Source: Octopus bimaculoides
Lineage: Eukaryota
Length of the DNA: 64,000 bases
Direction of reading: 5' to 3'
NCBI RefSeq assembly: GCF_001194135.2
Contig: NC_068992.1
Coordinates: 8,644,360-8,708,359 of the forward strand
Shown: piece after piece, positions 14,366 to 27,860 of the stretch
Layout: the number at the start of each line of letters is the position of its first letter
How positions within the stretch are numbered: the first letter of the stretch is position 1
Notes under the pieces: generated by a model
What the model was told of the DNA's origin: nothing
Seen by the model: the letters and a program-made list of their open reading frames with translations, nothing else
Databases searched by the model: none
Translations under genes and position numbers: made by a program

Positions 14366-16593
14366 TATGTATGTATATTCTATTCTTTATTCTTTTTCTT
14401 CTTTCACTCATTTGACAGCAGCCATGCTGGGGCACCACCTTAAAGAGTTGAAGAAATTGATCCCAAGACTTATTTTTTGTAAGTCAAGTATTTATTCTAT
14501 AAGTCTCTTGCTGAACTGCTAAGTTACAGGGACAATAATGCACCAGAATTGGTTGTCAAGCGATGGTAGGGGGACAAACACAGACACACATACACACACG
14601 ATGCCCTTCTTTCAGTTTGTCGGCCAAATCCACTCACGAGACTTTGGTCAGTGCGAGACTATAGTGGAAGACTGTCCAAGGTGCCACACATACATAAATG
14701 TGTTTGTATGTATATATGTTTCTCCCTACTGCTTGACAACAAGTGTAGGTTTATTTATGTCCCCATAAATTAGTGACTGAGCAAAAGAGACCAACAGATT
14801 AAATACCAGATTTAAAAATAAGTAACTGGGTTGATTTCTCTGACTAAACTCTTCCAGATGGGGCCTCAGTATGGTTGCAGTCCAATGACTGAAACAAGTA
14901 AAAGACATACAGCCTAAGACTGATAAAAAGAGAACAGATCCCACTATGGGATCTATCACTAGCATTTTCAGATCTGACTTGGTTGTTTTCTTATATCTTT
15001 CTCCATCTTCCTCTGCCACAGTTAACCTCTCACTGTCTAAATAAAATGCATTAGTCGAATGAATCAACCTCAGTAACTTTTGCAAGCCTCTATCTTTTAC
15101 TTGTCTCAATCATTGGACTGCGGCCATGCTTGGGGCACCGCCCCAATACTTATTTATTTTAAGCCCGGTACCTTATTATATCAGTCTCTTTTACTGAACT
15201 GCTAATTTAAAAGAATGTAAACAAACCAACACTGACTGGCAGGTGGTGGTGTGAAACAAACACAAAGACATACACACGCACATAAGTATGTATGTGTGTG
15301 TGTATATATCTATATCTATATATATATGTATATATATACAATGGTTTGTATATATACAACTTCTTTCAGTTTCCATCAACCAAATCCACTCACAAAGCTT
15401 TGACCAGCCCAAAGCTATAATAGAAGGCACTTGCCCAATATGTCACAGAGTGGGACTGAACCCAGAACCATGTGGTTGGGAAGCAAACTTCTTACCACAC
15501 AGCCATACCTGTGTCAATCCACAGATGCATCACTAGTCATTTCTATGATGCAGTATTGCATTTCTTTTGTACAAAAGAAGAGAACTCTTTTACAAACAGA
15601 GATAAGAACAGTTCTGTGAACTTTTTTGAATCCTTCCTTTACTATAACTACTATCATACTCGTATTACAACCATCAATTAAGCCACCAATTAGGTTACAG
15701 AAAACTAGTGACCCTATCCAATAAGCTGTAAGAGCAATTAATATACTTTATTTCACAAGAGCTTCTACTTCTAATTATTTCGGTACATCTTTTACCTCCA
15801 AAGTCTTGGCTCCCTGTCAGTCTGCTAGAGATCCCATATCACCTTTTCCATTCACCCATTACACAGTATTGAATTCCTACTTACTCTTACCCTACATATT
15901 AAGCAAGTAAGAATGTAGTTAAGAACTAAATACTCTGTTTTCAGTGTACATAGGAACCTAATAGTGTGTATTTAGCTATAGGGTGTTAAAACCACCTGGT
16001 TTCATACTATTGAGGAAGCATCTGCTTAATCTGCTAGAAATAGTTGCCAAATATTCCTCAAATCACAAATTGCTGTCTTAGAAAAAAAAAAAAAAAAAAA
16101 AAGGATACGTTATTGTAAAATAAGAAAGCATGCTCATCATTGGAATGGTTAAGCCATGTCTGAATTTTACAAGAGCTTCTACTTCTAATTGCTTATGTAC
16201 ATCTTTTACCTCCAAAGTTTTGGCTCCCAGTCAGTCTTCAGAGATAACCTGAAACTAAACAACAATAACAATGAAAATACCCCATCTTTAATGGAATTCA
16301 TTCTATTACAAACTCTCAGATTCAGTCCTTGATTCCATCACCACTCAGGTTTCCCTGTAAACATTGAACTGTCGACGTTCAGGTTGAGTATCATCACTTA
16401 CATCAATCTCACCAGTCTAAAAAGATTTGGGGCACTGTCCCTCCTCCCCTAACTAACTAAAAGCAGCAGGTGAACACTCTGTGCACAGATCTTCATCAAG
16501 TGTACGTGTATGCAACCGAATATTTACATGTTATTATTTATAACTATGCGTGCTTTGAAATCCACTATTTCAAAAAAGAATTCTATGCATATA

Positions 16594-16967
16594 CTCTTTA
16601 CTTGTTTCAGTCACTTGACTGTGGCCATGCTGGAGCACCACCTTTAGTCGAGCAAATCGACCCCAGGACTTATTCTTTGGAAGCCTAGTACTTATGCTAT
16701 CGGTCTCTTTTGTCGAACCGCTAAGTTATGGGGATGTAAACACACCAGCATCGGTTGTCAAGCGATGTTGGGGGACAAACACAGACACACATACATATAC
16801 ACACACACACATACACATACATATATACATATATATGACGGGCTTCTTTCAGTTTCCATCTACCAAATCCACTCACAAGGCTTTGGTCGGCCCGAGGCTA
16901 TAGTAGAAGACACTTGCCCAAGGTGCCACGCAGTGGGAATGAACCCGGAACAATGTGGTTGGTAAGC
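16594..16967 (-). mobile_element. SINE family A copy
   Basis: Reverse-complement match to 35356-35729. Confidence 0.88.
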
Positions 16968-17111
16968 GACACACACACACATGCACGCACACACACATAC
17001 ACACACATACATGTGCAACAGTGGCAAACAATCTTCTGATTGATCCAAAGAAACTATATTTTCATTGGTTTTCAAATTACTGAAGGCAATATCATCATCA
17101 TTTTTGCTATC

Positions 17112-17112
<1 letters not shown>

Positions 17113-17144
<32 letters not shown>

Positions 17145-17153
17145 GTAATAGTA

Positions 17154-17203
<50 letters not shown>
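17113..17203. repeat. (AAT)n microsatellite
   Basis: About 30 units with three AGT variants. Confidence 0.95.
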
Positions 17204-17204
<1 letters not shown>

Positions 17205-17589
17205 GGCACAAGGCTTGAAATTTTGCGAGATAGAGCTAATCAATAATATTGACCCCAGTCCTCAAATTGTACTTATTCTGTCAATCCCACAAGGATGCAA
17301 AATTTGACTTTTACGGAATTTGAACTTAAAATGTAAAGACAGATGAANNNNNNNNNNNNNNNNNNNNNNNNNNNNNNNNNNNNNNNNNNNNNNNNNNNNN
17401 NNNNNNNNNNNNNNNNNNNNNNNNNNNNNNNNNNNNNNNNNNNNNNNNNNNNNNNNNNNNNNNNNNNNNNNNNNNNNNNNNNNNNNNNNNNNNNNNNNNN
17501 NNNNNNNNNNNNNNNNNNNNNNNNNNNNNNNNNNNNNNNNNNNNNNNNNNNNNNNNNNNNNNNNNNNNNNNGTATTTATTTTTTTAATT

Positions 17590-17765
17590 ATATTTTTCAT
17601 TTTTTAAAAATTTTTATTATATTTTTCATTTCTTAAAATTTTTATTATATTTTTCATTTTTAAAAATTTTTATATTTTTCATTTTTAAAAATTTTTATTA
17701 TATTTTTCATTTTTGAAATTTTTATTATATTTTTCATTTTTGAAATTTTTATTATATTTTTCATT
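17590..17765. repeat. AT-rich minisatellite, ~28-bp unit TATATTTTTCATTTTT(A/G)AAATTTTTAT, about 6 copies
   Basis: Direct reading; abuts an assembly gap. Confidence 0.85.
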
Positions 17766-18584
17766 TTTTTTTTTTCAATAACTTTTCTTCAAGTACACAA
17801 ACATGTAAATGTTAAAAGACTTTTGACAATGCTGCACAAGAGATGGGGTGTAGAAAGCTATCTTGTAACTATGGCAACCCCACCCACCAACATTCTCACC
17901 ACACCACACCACACCACACACACTCCTCTGCAGGCCAACAATGTGTAAAGAACATCTCGGGGGCAAGTTATAGCCATGCTTTTAATTACAAACACATCCC
18001 ATTTAAGTAACACATACAACTAACATACATATTTACACATGTATTGCTTGACTAGGCAAGCATACAATGTACACAAACATTACTTGCAGTCACTCTATTG
18101 TAATTAATGTTTCTATAGCAAAGGAAACGAGTGAGTGTATGCACGTGTACAAGTGCACATGCATATATGTATGCATGTCAGTTGCAGGTAAGAACGATAG
18201 GGGCTTAGATGTTTTTCTTCACTATTGAAATAGAAACCAGTTGCCTCGTGTGACATAATCCTTTAGGGATTGAAACATTAAAAAGGAAGTGGGAGCATAG
18301 ATATTTGTGACTGTGTGCATGTGTATGTGTGTGTGTGTGCGTGAGAGAGAGAGATGGGTGGTGGGAGAGCAGCTGTTTGTAATAGTAGCTGAAGAGTGAA
18401 ACCCAAGATATGACCAGCATGGGATGAATTCTTCTCTACAAAGAGACTGGTAGCAATGCTTCTGTACAGTTCTAAAGAGATATGTAGGGTAATGATGTCG
18501 AATATATTTTTTTTCAAAGTGACCCCCAAAATGTGTACTCTAACAGATTTCCTATTCCTGTGCCATTGTTCTTTAGCACATCTT

Positions 18585-18814
18585 AATTCTTTATTGCCCA
18601 CAAGGGGCTAAACATAGAGGGGACAAACAAGGACAGACAAAGGGATCAAGTCGATTACATCGACCCCAGTGCGTAACTGGTACTGTATTTATCGACCCCG
18701 AAAGGATGAAAGGCAAAGTTGACCTCGGAGGAATTTGAACTCAGAATGTAACAGCAGACGAAATACCGCTAAGAATTTCGCTCTGCGTGCTAACGATTCT
18801 GCCAGCTCACTGCC
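18585..18814 (-). mobile_element. SINE family B copy
   Basis: Near-identical to 11974-12208. Other copies or fragments at about 420-610 (+), 3195-3400 (-), 3945-4070 (-), 37118-37305 (-), 61515-61700 (+), 61750-61905 (+). Confidence 0.85.
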
Positions 18815-20379
18815 TTTCTTCTATCTCTTCTATGATTAAAATGTTACAGCTACAATGATTCCATCTATTTTTTTCCAGTATAATGTATCTAGGACTACAT
18901 TATCCATTGTGTCCCCCTTTTCAATAAGATGAATAGCATGGTTTAGAGGAGTTTTGGCTGTTATTCCTAGTTCAAGCAATTACATACAGGTTCCCTTGAT
19001 AACTTGAGATTACTTCAGCTGTTGTTTAGCCCCAGGTCAACCTTAACTGAGCAAAACTATGATCAAAGATATTCTGGTCATCACCTTTTCACCTTTTTCT
19101 CAAGTATGGAGGAAAAGGATTACATTTTCTCATCTGCTTTCTCTTTCTTTATGATTTGAGGGAATTTGGGCTGTCATTTCTAGTAAGTCAGCTGACTATG
19201 TAAATGATATTCTGTAGAGCAAATATTTTACTTCATAAATTATTTTTTGAAATGTTATAAAGCAACAGAAAATATTAATTTAATTGATAAAGAATATTCA
19301 AAATATCCCAGAATGTTCCAGAAACATTTCAAGTATATAAATTTATAAGTGCAGATGTATTGAAGGTACAGGCATGATATAGGTGTAGGTGTGGCTGTGT
19401 GGTTAAGAAGCTTGCTTCTCAACCATGTGGTCTCAGGTTCATTCCCACTGCATGGAACCCTGGACAAGCGTTTTCAGTTATAGCCCCAGGTTGACCAAAG
19501 CCTTGTAAGTGAATGAGTGGAATAGGGAGTGGAATAGAGAGAGGTCCTATGTCTGATCCCTTAGAGTGGCCATTTTCGCAAGAATTTTCCTCCTAGCTTT
19601 GGGTTAACCAATGCTTAAGTGAGTGAAATTTGGTAGATATAAACTGTACAGAAGCTTGTCATACATAGAATATGTAAATACACATGTCTCTGTGTAATTT
19701 GCTGATCAGTGCTTTGGATGAAGTAGGCCATGTTATTTTTCTAGGCCTGCAACTGTACAATCTTGTACATTTACTTGTTGATTCTCACATCACTGCAATT
19801 GGTGAAAATGGTGAAGTCTCTACTTTATTGACGAAGTCTAAATAGACCACAGTATGCCCAGAATAATCTTGCCAAGAGGCTAAAATATTAGTCAGTATCC
19901 TTTTCTCCTCATTGAATGGGGATCTTTTATTAAAGATTTTTGTAAGTTTTTTTTTTTTTTTTTTAGTTTTCCACATGAAATCTCTTAACACTAGCTTAAC
20001 CCTCTAGTATTTAAATTGGCCATATCAGGCTGAAATATTCTACCTGTATTATGTTCAAACTGGCTAGATGTGACCTCTCACACCTACCCTACAAAGTCAG
20101 TCTAAAAATAAACATTCACATCATCAAAATCTCAAAGCTACAAGATAGGGCAAGATTAATTCAAAACAATGTGGATGAATAAGTATTAAGTTTGACAGAC
20201 TAATCTGAACACAAAAGGGTTAAAACTGTTGTTGGTAGAATAGTACAAAACAGTCGAGTAAATAGAGTAACAGGCCTGAAAGATGTGGAAGAAAAGTGAG
20301 TAGTTAGGAGGGGAGCAAAAAATCAGGTATTTCTAGTCAGGAAAGAAGCTGTGGGTAGGTGGATGCGGTTAATGTTGTG

Positions 20380-21110
20380 CAGGATGTGGATGAGAGACAT
20401 CAAATATTCAGAATTATAAGTCAGAATGTGTCTGTACGAACCAGGATACAGAGCGGAGAGAAATGAGTTTAAAACAACATGGGTGTACTTGCCCTCAGTG
20501 ACATGAAAAGAAGGCAAGGGAAAGCTACAGAGAGAGATTGTTAAATAAGGAATATGAGTGAAACCAACGGTGGGGGTAGCTATCAGGGTTAGCTTCAGTA
20601 TGGTTGGTTATTAAGGCTATTAAGGATATGGAGGCAGGGAACTTCAGGTCCATCAAGGGTAATTGCTGAGATGTTGAATATATCAGATTATGTAGGTCAT
20701 ATGATAATGACTTGTTCAGTTAATTAAGTAGTGAAGGAAGAAGGTATTATCTCCAATGAGTGGTGTAGCAGTAATCCTTATAAAGGCAGAAAAGGAAATT
20801 ACAGAGACCTCTAACTGATGGACAAGACGAGTCATAGAAACGTTGATACAGTGGAAGCTGAGATACAGCTTAAATTTGTACTCAGATATAGAACAAAAGA
20901 TGTAATATTTTTAGTGAAATAACTGAAAGTGAAGTTCGTAACTAAGAACAAACTGTTCTATTAAATGACTTGGAGAAGGTATTTGAAGAGGTCCTACCCT
21001 TTATGATAGTCTGATGGGTGCTGAGAAAATTAGGTAGATGAATATTTTATTAGAGCTTTGAGAAAACATTACATGTACAATTAGCTAATAAGGGGTTTAC
21101 TGTCCAGGAA
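20380..21110 (+). mobile_element. Highly degenerate RTE-clade LINE reverse transcriptase fragment
   Basis: Fragmentary translations VIKAIKDM..GPSRVIAEML, EWCSS..YKG..GNYRDL, DLEKVFEEV, WVLRKLG; many indels. Confidence 0.65.
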
Positions 21111-21199
21111 AGTATTCACTAGTAGTCTATACTTAGCTCCCTATATAACATCAAAAAATACCTTAGGAATGAGAACCCAGGTTCAAAATTTCCCCCAAG

Positions 21200-21243
21200 A
21201 CACCTGATGAAGGCTGGAGGGTATATCAGCCAAAACATTGTGT
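21200..21243 (+). ncRNA. Hammerhead ribozyme-like motif of a second repeat family (CpG-decayed)
   Basis: ACAC-CTGATGA-A-GGCTG-gagggtatat-CAGCC-AAAAC-ATT-GTGT; restoring two CpG G residues gives GAAACGTT with a loop-less palindromic stem III. A partial inverted copy lies at 22118-22170. Confidence 0.5.
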
Positions 21244-22178
21244 TAATAACAAACAAGATGAGGACAAATATCCGTCAAATGTAAATATTGTAAATAATGA
21301 AAATAAGTACCAGTTGAACACCAGGGTCGATGTAATCAATTTAACCCCTCTCCTGAAAATGGTGGCCTTGCACCAAAAATTGAAACCAATATAATCTCTC
21401 TTGAAAACTGCTGCTCTTTTAGACATTATTATACTGTATAAAATTGCATAACAAGTTAAATGTGTTAAATGCATGGCTTATGGAGAATCAGTAACCTAGA
21501 TATGAACATGTGATATCAATGGACAATAAGTGCAGGGGAAAACACTGTCAGGTACTGATTGTGGGAGGTGTCTATGACTCATTAATCCTTTTGGTACCAA
21601 CCAGCCTGAGATCAACCCTGGCCCTGAAATACAAACTCCTGTTTGAAAATCTTCCATTAAAATTTCATGCTAACCTATCTTCCAAATATCAATTTACCAA
21701 TGACAAAGTTATTTTACTAGCTTCATCATTATTTTAAAAATGAGTTGAAATAAAGATACTCTATTTTATTAGGAATATGGTAATGAAAGGGTTAAGACCA
21801 AGAAAGACCAGAAAAAGTGGTTAGATTAGTTCTGATCGTGTTGGGTCTCACTGCTGAAATAGTACAGGGTCCTGGAAGGGGTGGCAATTTGTTGTACTGC
21901 AGACCCATCAAAAACCATGCCAACTTGTAGTAACTGATGGTGACTGTGGTGAGGGGGATGAAACAAGATAAAAGTAAAATGAAAGAATTAGAAAAAAAGT
22001 TCTTCAGAATTTTTTGTTTCAAAATTGGCACTTCTAGCCAAATACACACCCACATGGAGTCTAAGAAACAAATGTGTGTGCTTGTGTGTGTGTGTGTGTG
22101 TGTGTGTACAAATACTCATATTTGTCTTCATCTTGTTTGTTGTTAACACAATGTTTTGGCCGATTTATATACATAAAT

Positions 22179-22211
<33 letters not shown>

Positions 22212-22513
22212 NNNNNNNNNNNNNNNNNNNNNNNNNNNNNNNNNNNNNNNNNNNNNNNNNNNNNNNNNNNNNNNNNNNNNNNNNNNNNNNNNNNNNNNNN
22301 NNNNNNNNNNNNNNNNNNNNNNNNNNNNNNNNNNNNNNNNNNNNNNNNNNNNNNNNNNNNNNNNNNNNNNNNNNNNNNNNNNNNNNNNNNNNNNNNNNNN
22401 NNNNNNNNNNNNNNNNNNNNNNNNNNNNNNNNNNNNNNNNNNNNNNNNNNNNNNNNNNNNNNNNNNNNNNNNNNNNNNNNNNNNNNNNNNNNNNNNNNNN
22501 NNNNNNNNNNNNN

Positions 22514-22555
<42 letters not shown>

Positions 22556-23887
22556 ACAGTTTCTGAATTTGGTAAGTAATAATACTCCTGTATGTCTTTA
22601 GTTGCATAAGCTGTTGCTATTTATATATTACAATTATTTTGCATGACAACTTCTCACACTAGTACAACAATTGCTCTCTACACATATGACCAAAAGCAAT
22701 ACACACGCAACGTTAGCAGCATCCTGTAATTTTTTTGACATTAATCTACATGCTGCATCTGTTTGAATACTATCTCAATTCACATCATATCTGCACAGTT
22801 ATCTCTCTTTCATTTATCAGCTGATAGCACTAATGGTACACCACCTTTCATAAACCGTGCCAAAGCAGACATTGGAACCCGATGCAGTCCTCTGGATTTC
22901 CAGCTCCTGCCAAACTGTCCAACCCATACCAGCACAGAAATTGAACATTAAATGATGATGATGACAACAATGATGTGCAATACCTTGATCAAGTTCTATA
23001 AAAGCCTCAGATGAGTGAAACTTGGTAGCCATGAGGAAGCCCTTTGGTGGGAGGCTATTCCTAATGTCTCTTGGTTAAACATTACCACAATTATTACCTA
23101 ACTCTCAAGTGCCTTAAGTGAAATTCTCTCTACTAACAAGCCCGCAGGCCAGGTCCCTGGGTGAAGATACCTTTCCCCTGTTCCCTTTCACAAGTCTTAG
23201 AGATACTGAAAAAAGACATGGACACTGCCCTTTTTTCCTTTCACCAAGCTTTTAAACAAATTTAAAGAAACACTTTTGTTGCTTTTTTTTTTAGCATCAA
23301 ATCCCAACCATTCTGTCATTTTTTTCTCTCAAATGCCTTCTCCTTTTTAAAACAACAAGGCATAATTTGAGAGAAGCTAAATTGCTACTTCTAACTGGTG
23401 AAGTGCAAAACAAGAGGTTCTCTGACTGCTTATAAACCCTTTTGTTACCTACAAATTTAACAGCTTCTCTAAACATCTTCTTCCACCCCTTTCTTTCAAC
23501 AGTTATTTTGCTTTTACTTCAACCCCCTCCCACATTAATTATATATCGCCAAGGTAACAAACAAACTGTCTACTACTTCTAGCGACTCCCATGTCAGCAG
23601 TTCTTAGACTTCATTTCTATGGTACTCCCTACTGTTAGACATTCTTGTTCATTTAGTGCATTTCAATACATGATACCCTGCAGTCTGCTAAAGGTGTGTA
23701 CTTATTGTTTGAGTACACAGTATTGACTTGCTACCTACTCCCTTAACACATATTGAGCAAGGCCACCTCCCAAATGGTACTGACATATTTTCTTTTCTGT
23801 TACTTATTACTTACTTTTTAGGACTTTAGAACTTGGTATCTAGACCCAAATTATTGCAGAGAAAAAATAACTGCCTAACTAAATATA

Positions 23888-24097
23888 CAGGGTGGGCCAA
23901 AAGACACACACCAAAACATTTGACATTTTATTTATATTACATTGTTATTATAATTCATCATTTTATCCATCATGTATAAGCACACGTATTCATAATAATT
24001 TTATTTATTTCATTCAATTTTAGAGAAACTGAGGCATGTATTTGACAATTCCAGACCATATTGGCCTTATTTTGTGCATGACTTTTGGTCCACCCTG
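23888..24097. mobile_element. Complete 210-bp Tc1/mariner-type MITE
   Basis: TIRs CAGGGTGGGCCAAAAG / CTTTTGGTCCACCCTG (15/16), TA on both sides (23886-87, 24098-99), AT-rich non-coding interior. Confidence 0.88.
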
Positions 24098-24161
24098 TAC
24101 TATTTTATATGTATATGTGTGTGTATGTGTGTGCCAGCGTGCGTGCGTGAGTGCATGCGTG

Positions 24162-24209
<48 letters not shown>

Positions 24210-24434
24210 GCAGGTGTATTTATCTTTTATTGTTTACTTGTTTCAGTCATTAGATTAAAGCCAAGAGTTTTAGTCAAGTGAATCAACTCCCGTACTTTGT
24301 TTATTTTAAACATGGTACTTATTCTATTAGTCTCTTTGACCAAACTTTTAAGTTATAGAAACATAAACACAGCACCACTAGTTGTCAAGCAATGGCAGGG
24401 GAGAAATACTGACACATACACACACACACACAGG

Positions 24435-24595
<161 letters not shown>

Positions 24596-26455
24596 ATATA
24601 CAATGGGCTTCTATCAGTTTCCATCTGCCAAATCCATTCACAAGGCTTTAGTTTCTGCTTTCCTTTTCTCTCTACTAGTCTTGAAGGCCCCATCCTTCCT
24701 CCTTCAACAAAGCCATGGAGAAAAAAAAGGTAATTAAATTAATTTCACCTATGTGGAAACACTGACCCTTCTATTTTCATTAACTAATCAATAAATACTT
24801 TGTGGTATTTGTTTGAGGTCTTTACATTCTGAATCCATATTCCATTGAGGTCAACTTCACCTTTTATCTTTAAGGGGCCAATAAAGTACCAGTCAAGTGC
24901 TGGGGTGCAATACTCGATCCTTTCAGCTATGAAGTACTGGACCTTCCACTAGTCCAAAGATGGGAAGTTTGGGAAGATGTCAGTGTCTACTAAGAACAAT
25001 ATGGGCACCTGAAAAGCATAAGTGAAAAGCACAGTGCATACTAATACAAGTCTCAACTGACTGTGAATCATGGCTCAAAATTATTATTTTTACTGCAAAG
25101 TTGTTGTCAAAGCTGACTCTACTTAGATGACTGCTTCCATGAGGAAGCCCTTTGGTAGGAGGCTATTCCTAATGTCTCTTGGTTTAACATTACCACAATC
25201 ATTACCTAACTCTCAAGTGCCCTTAGTGAAATTAACTCTACTACAAGCCTGCAGGTATGATCAAGTATAGAAACAGTCTAATTATAAGCCAAAGAGTCTC
25301 TTTATGGCTGCTCTATCTGCTAGAGATAGAAGCCAAGTCTTCAAATCAAACCATATCCTCTTAAATAAGGAAAAGTACATACTAAATAATTTAATCTTTG
25401 TCATACCCTAAAAAAACAGGCGAGTCAAGATTGGAAACGCTTATGTTTAAAAGCAGGGTGTTGTATGATAAAAAGAAAAAACGAAAAAAGAACAGCTTGC
25501 TCTATCTTTTCCCCCTTTGCAAAATGACAGCTTTTGGGCCCCTGGAAGAGACTGATTTTTTTCTCTCTATAGAGGGAACCCAGTGTACCGATTGATCCCT
25601 TTATTCAATGAATTTGACCAGGGGTTAATTAACAGCTTCAACAGTATAAATGTTTGGTTGAGAATGCATCAAAGTCGGGCAGGACCCGTTAAGCTGGTAT
25701 TGTGATTGTCAGTTACAAACGTCCATGTTACTAGGGTTTATAACCCTAACATCATAGATGTAATTATATATACCAAAGGTCACTTCCGGCTATTTTACAA
25801 TATGCGCAATGATTTTCAAAATGGAATGATTCTCTAAAAGGATCTATATATACATACACACACAATATACGCACGCATGCACATAGGCACACATACGTAC
25901 ACATGTACATACACATACGTACGCATGCACACACATGTAAGTATGCACATACACATAATATGCACGTACGTACGCATGTACATACACACACATTATTTTA
26001 TATTATATATATATATATAAACATGCATGTATTATATATATCTATGTATACATACAAAATAATGAGAGCTTTAGATTTTTCTGTCTTTATATACTCATCC
26101 CGACACACTACGCTATATTTTCTGAATTATCTCTTGTTGACGCATATCTGTCACCGTCGCTTAACTAGCAGTCTCTCCGAACTAAAACGGAACATCATAT
26201 CAGATAAATGCGAGGATGAAGCGAATTAAATACTGACTAATAACACAGGGACACAGAATGAAAAAAAACAAACAAAATAAACGATATTGTTTCATTTTTC
26301 TTTGTTTCTCCGCCCTGTCCTTAAAAGGGAAAAAAAACCCTTCTTTATGTATATAACACCTGGCTTTTAGCATTGTGTCGTCACATATTTTAATCCCCAA
26401 TGAATGAAATCATTTTGCAGATCAGGTGTAAGAACAATGTATACAATCTGGAAGA

Positions 26456-26497
<42 letters not shown>

Positions 26498-27220
26498 ACC
26501 ACACACACACAAACTGAAATCGCTTACCTTCAAATCGCTGCTTAGATGATCATATATTTTTCTCTCGTAATTTTGTGAAGCAATTACTATTTCGGTTTGG
26601 TTATATTATATATATATATATACCTTGATTAAAGAGATAACGATAGGTTAAGAAAGAATTATTCCAGTATTCCTAATGGTAAAGATTTTTATCTTTAATT
26701 TCATTATTATTATTATTATCATTACCGTTAAAATTATTCATCGTTTCACTATTTCATTCGAATTTTTTTTTTTTTTTAAAGGGAGAGGAGGGGTCCAATG
26801 TTTTTAATTCACCAGTGAAACTGTATCCCCAAAGCATTGTTACTATTACGATGATCTGGGTCGTATTAATCGACCGTAGCCCTCCCTTACAAAATTCGAA
26901 CACCTTGTACCCATGTTGGAACCCCTACAATATTTTTCATCGCTAAATATTTAAATGTTTTGTATTAATGTAGAAAAAAAAAACCACCGTCTTCATTATT
27001 TCGTAACAGAGAAAGAATATAATACAATAAAGGGAGAATAGCGTTCCGGATTCCTTAAGCTAAAACTATATCCTAAAAAAAGGCATTATTATTGCAAGGA
27101 AATATAGATATGTAATATACATATACTTACAGAAAATGTAATCATAGATTTCCTCTTTATGTAAGATAAAACATTTTCTTTGTTCTATAATGGTAATTCC
27201 GTATTTGAATTAACAACTAC

Positions 27221-27420
27221 CTTCAGAATCGGCTTTTTTTTTCTTTTTTTCCCCCTTTCTAAGCAGCTTTTGTTGTTGTTGCTGTTTTGACTGAACCCCC
27301 TCCTCTTCTGCTGCCGCACTTCGCGAGATGTCTGCTACTTGCAGACTTAGTAGAAATGGAGGGTAGGACTGAAACAATTTTACCAATCAACTGACGATTG
27401 GACAATATCTGACGCCATGT
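27221..27420 (-). promoter_or_regulatory. Promoter-like island and candidate non-coding first exon of an unidentified minus-strand transcript
   Basis: CCAAT (27383) / ATTGG (27397) pair, two TGACG half-sites, CGCCAT, CpG enrichment, and a minus-strand donor gaag|gtagtt at 27221/27220. Confidence 0.3.
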
Positions 27421-27477
27421 GACTTTTTACATGTACGATCACAGGCGCGCACCTAAGTTTATGTTTATTTGTAATGC

Positions 27478-27860
27478 ATAAATGTATATACACATATAAA
27501 CAAACTTGTAGACATACATACATACATACATGCATACATACATATATACACATACATACATACATACAAATATACATACATACATACACATACATATATA
27601 AATGCAAGTATGCATGTACGTATATATATATATACATACGTATGTATGTATGTATGTATGTATTATGTAGATAGATAGATATCAATATATTGTTTACATA
27701 CATACATACATATATATAAATATATACACATACATATATAAATGTATGTATGCATGTACATATATATATACATATGTATGTATGTAGATAGATAGATAGA
27801 TAGATAGATAGATGTTATGTTTACATACATACATACATACAGAAATAGATTGACAGATAG
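27478..27860. repeat. Compound (CATA)n/(TA)n/(GATA)n microsatellite field
   Basis: Direct reading; source of the YIH/CMY ORFs. Confidence 0.9.

Noticed and set aside
17865-17878. RFX X-box match GTAACTATGGCAAC
   Set aside because: An isolated degenerate 14-mer far from any identified promoter; about one chance match in three is expected in a window this size.
18395-18410. CTGAAGAGTGAAAC (and CAGATGAGTGAAAC at about 23008; CTGATGA at 6867, 34048, 36353, 46569) as hammerhead cores
   Set aside because: No consistent stem I/II/III plus NUH triplet could be drawn, and 7-mers like these are expected by chance. The 33975-34060 region may be a decayed Penelope LTR but is unresolved.
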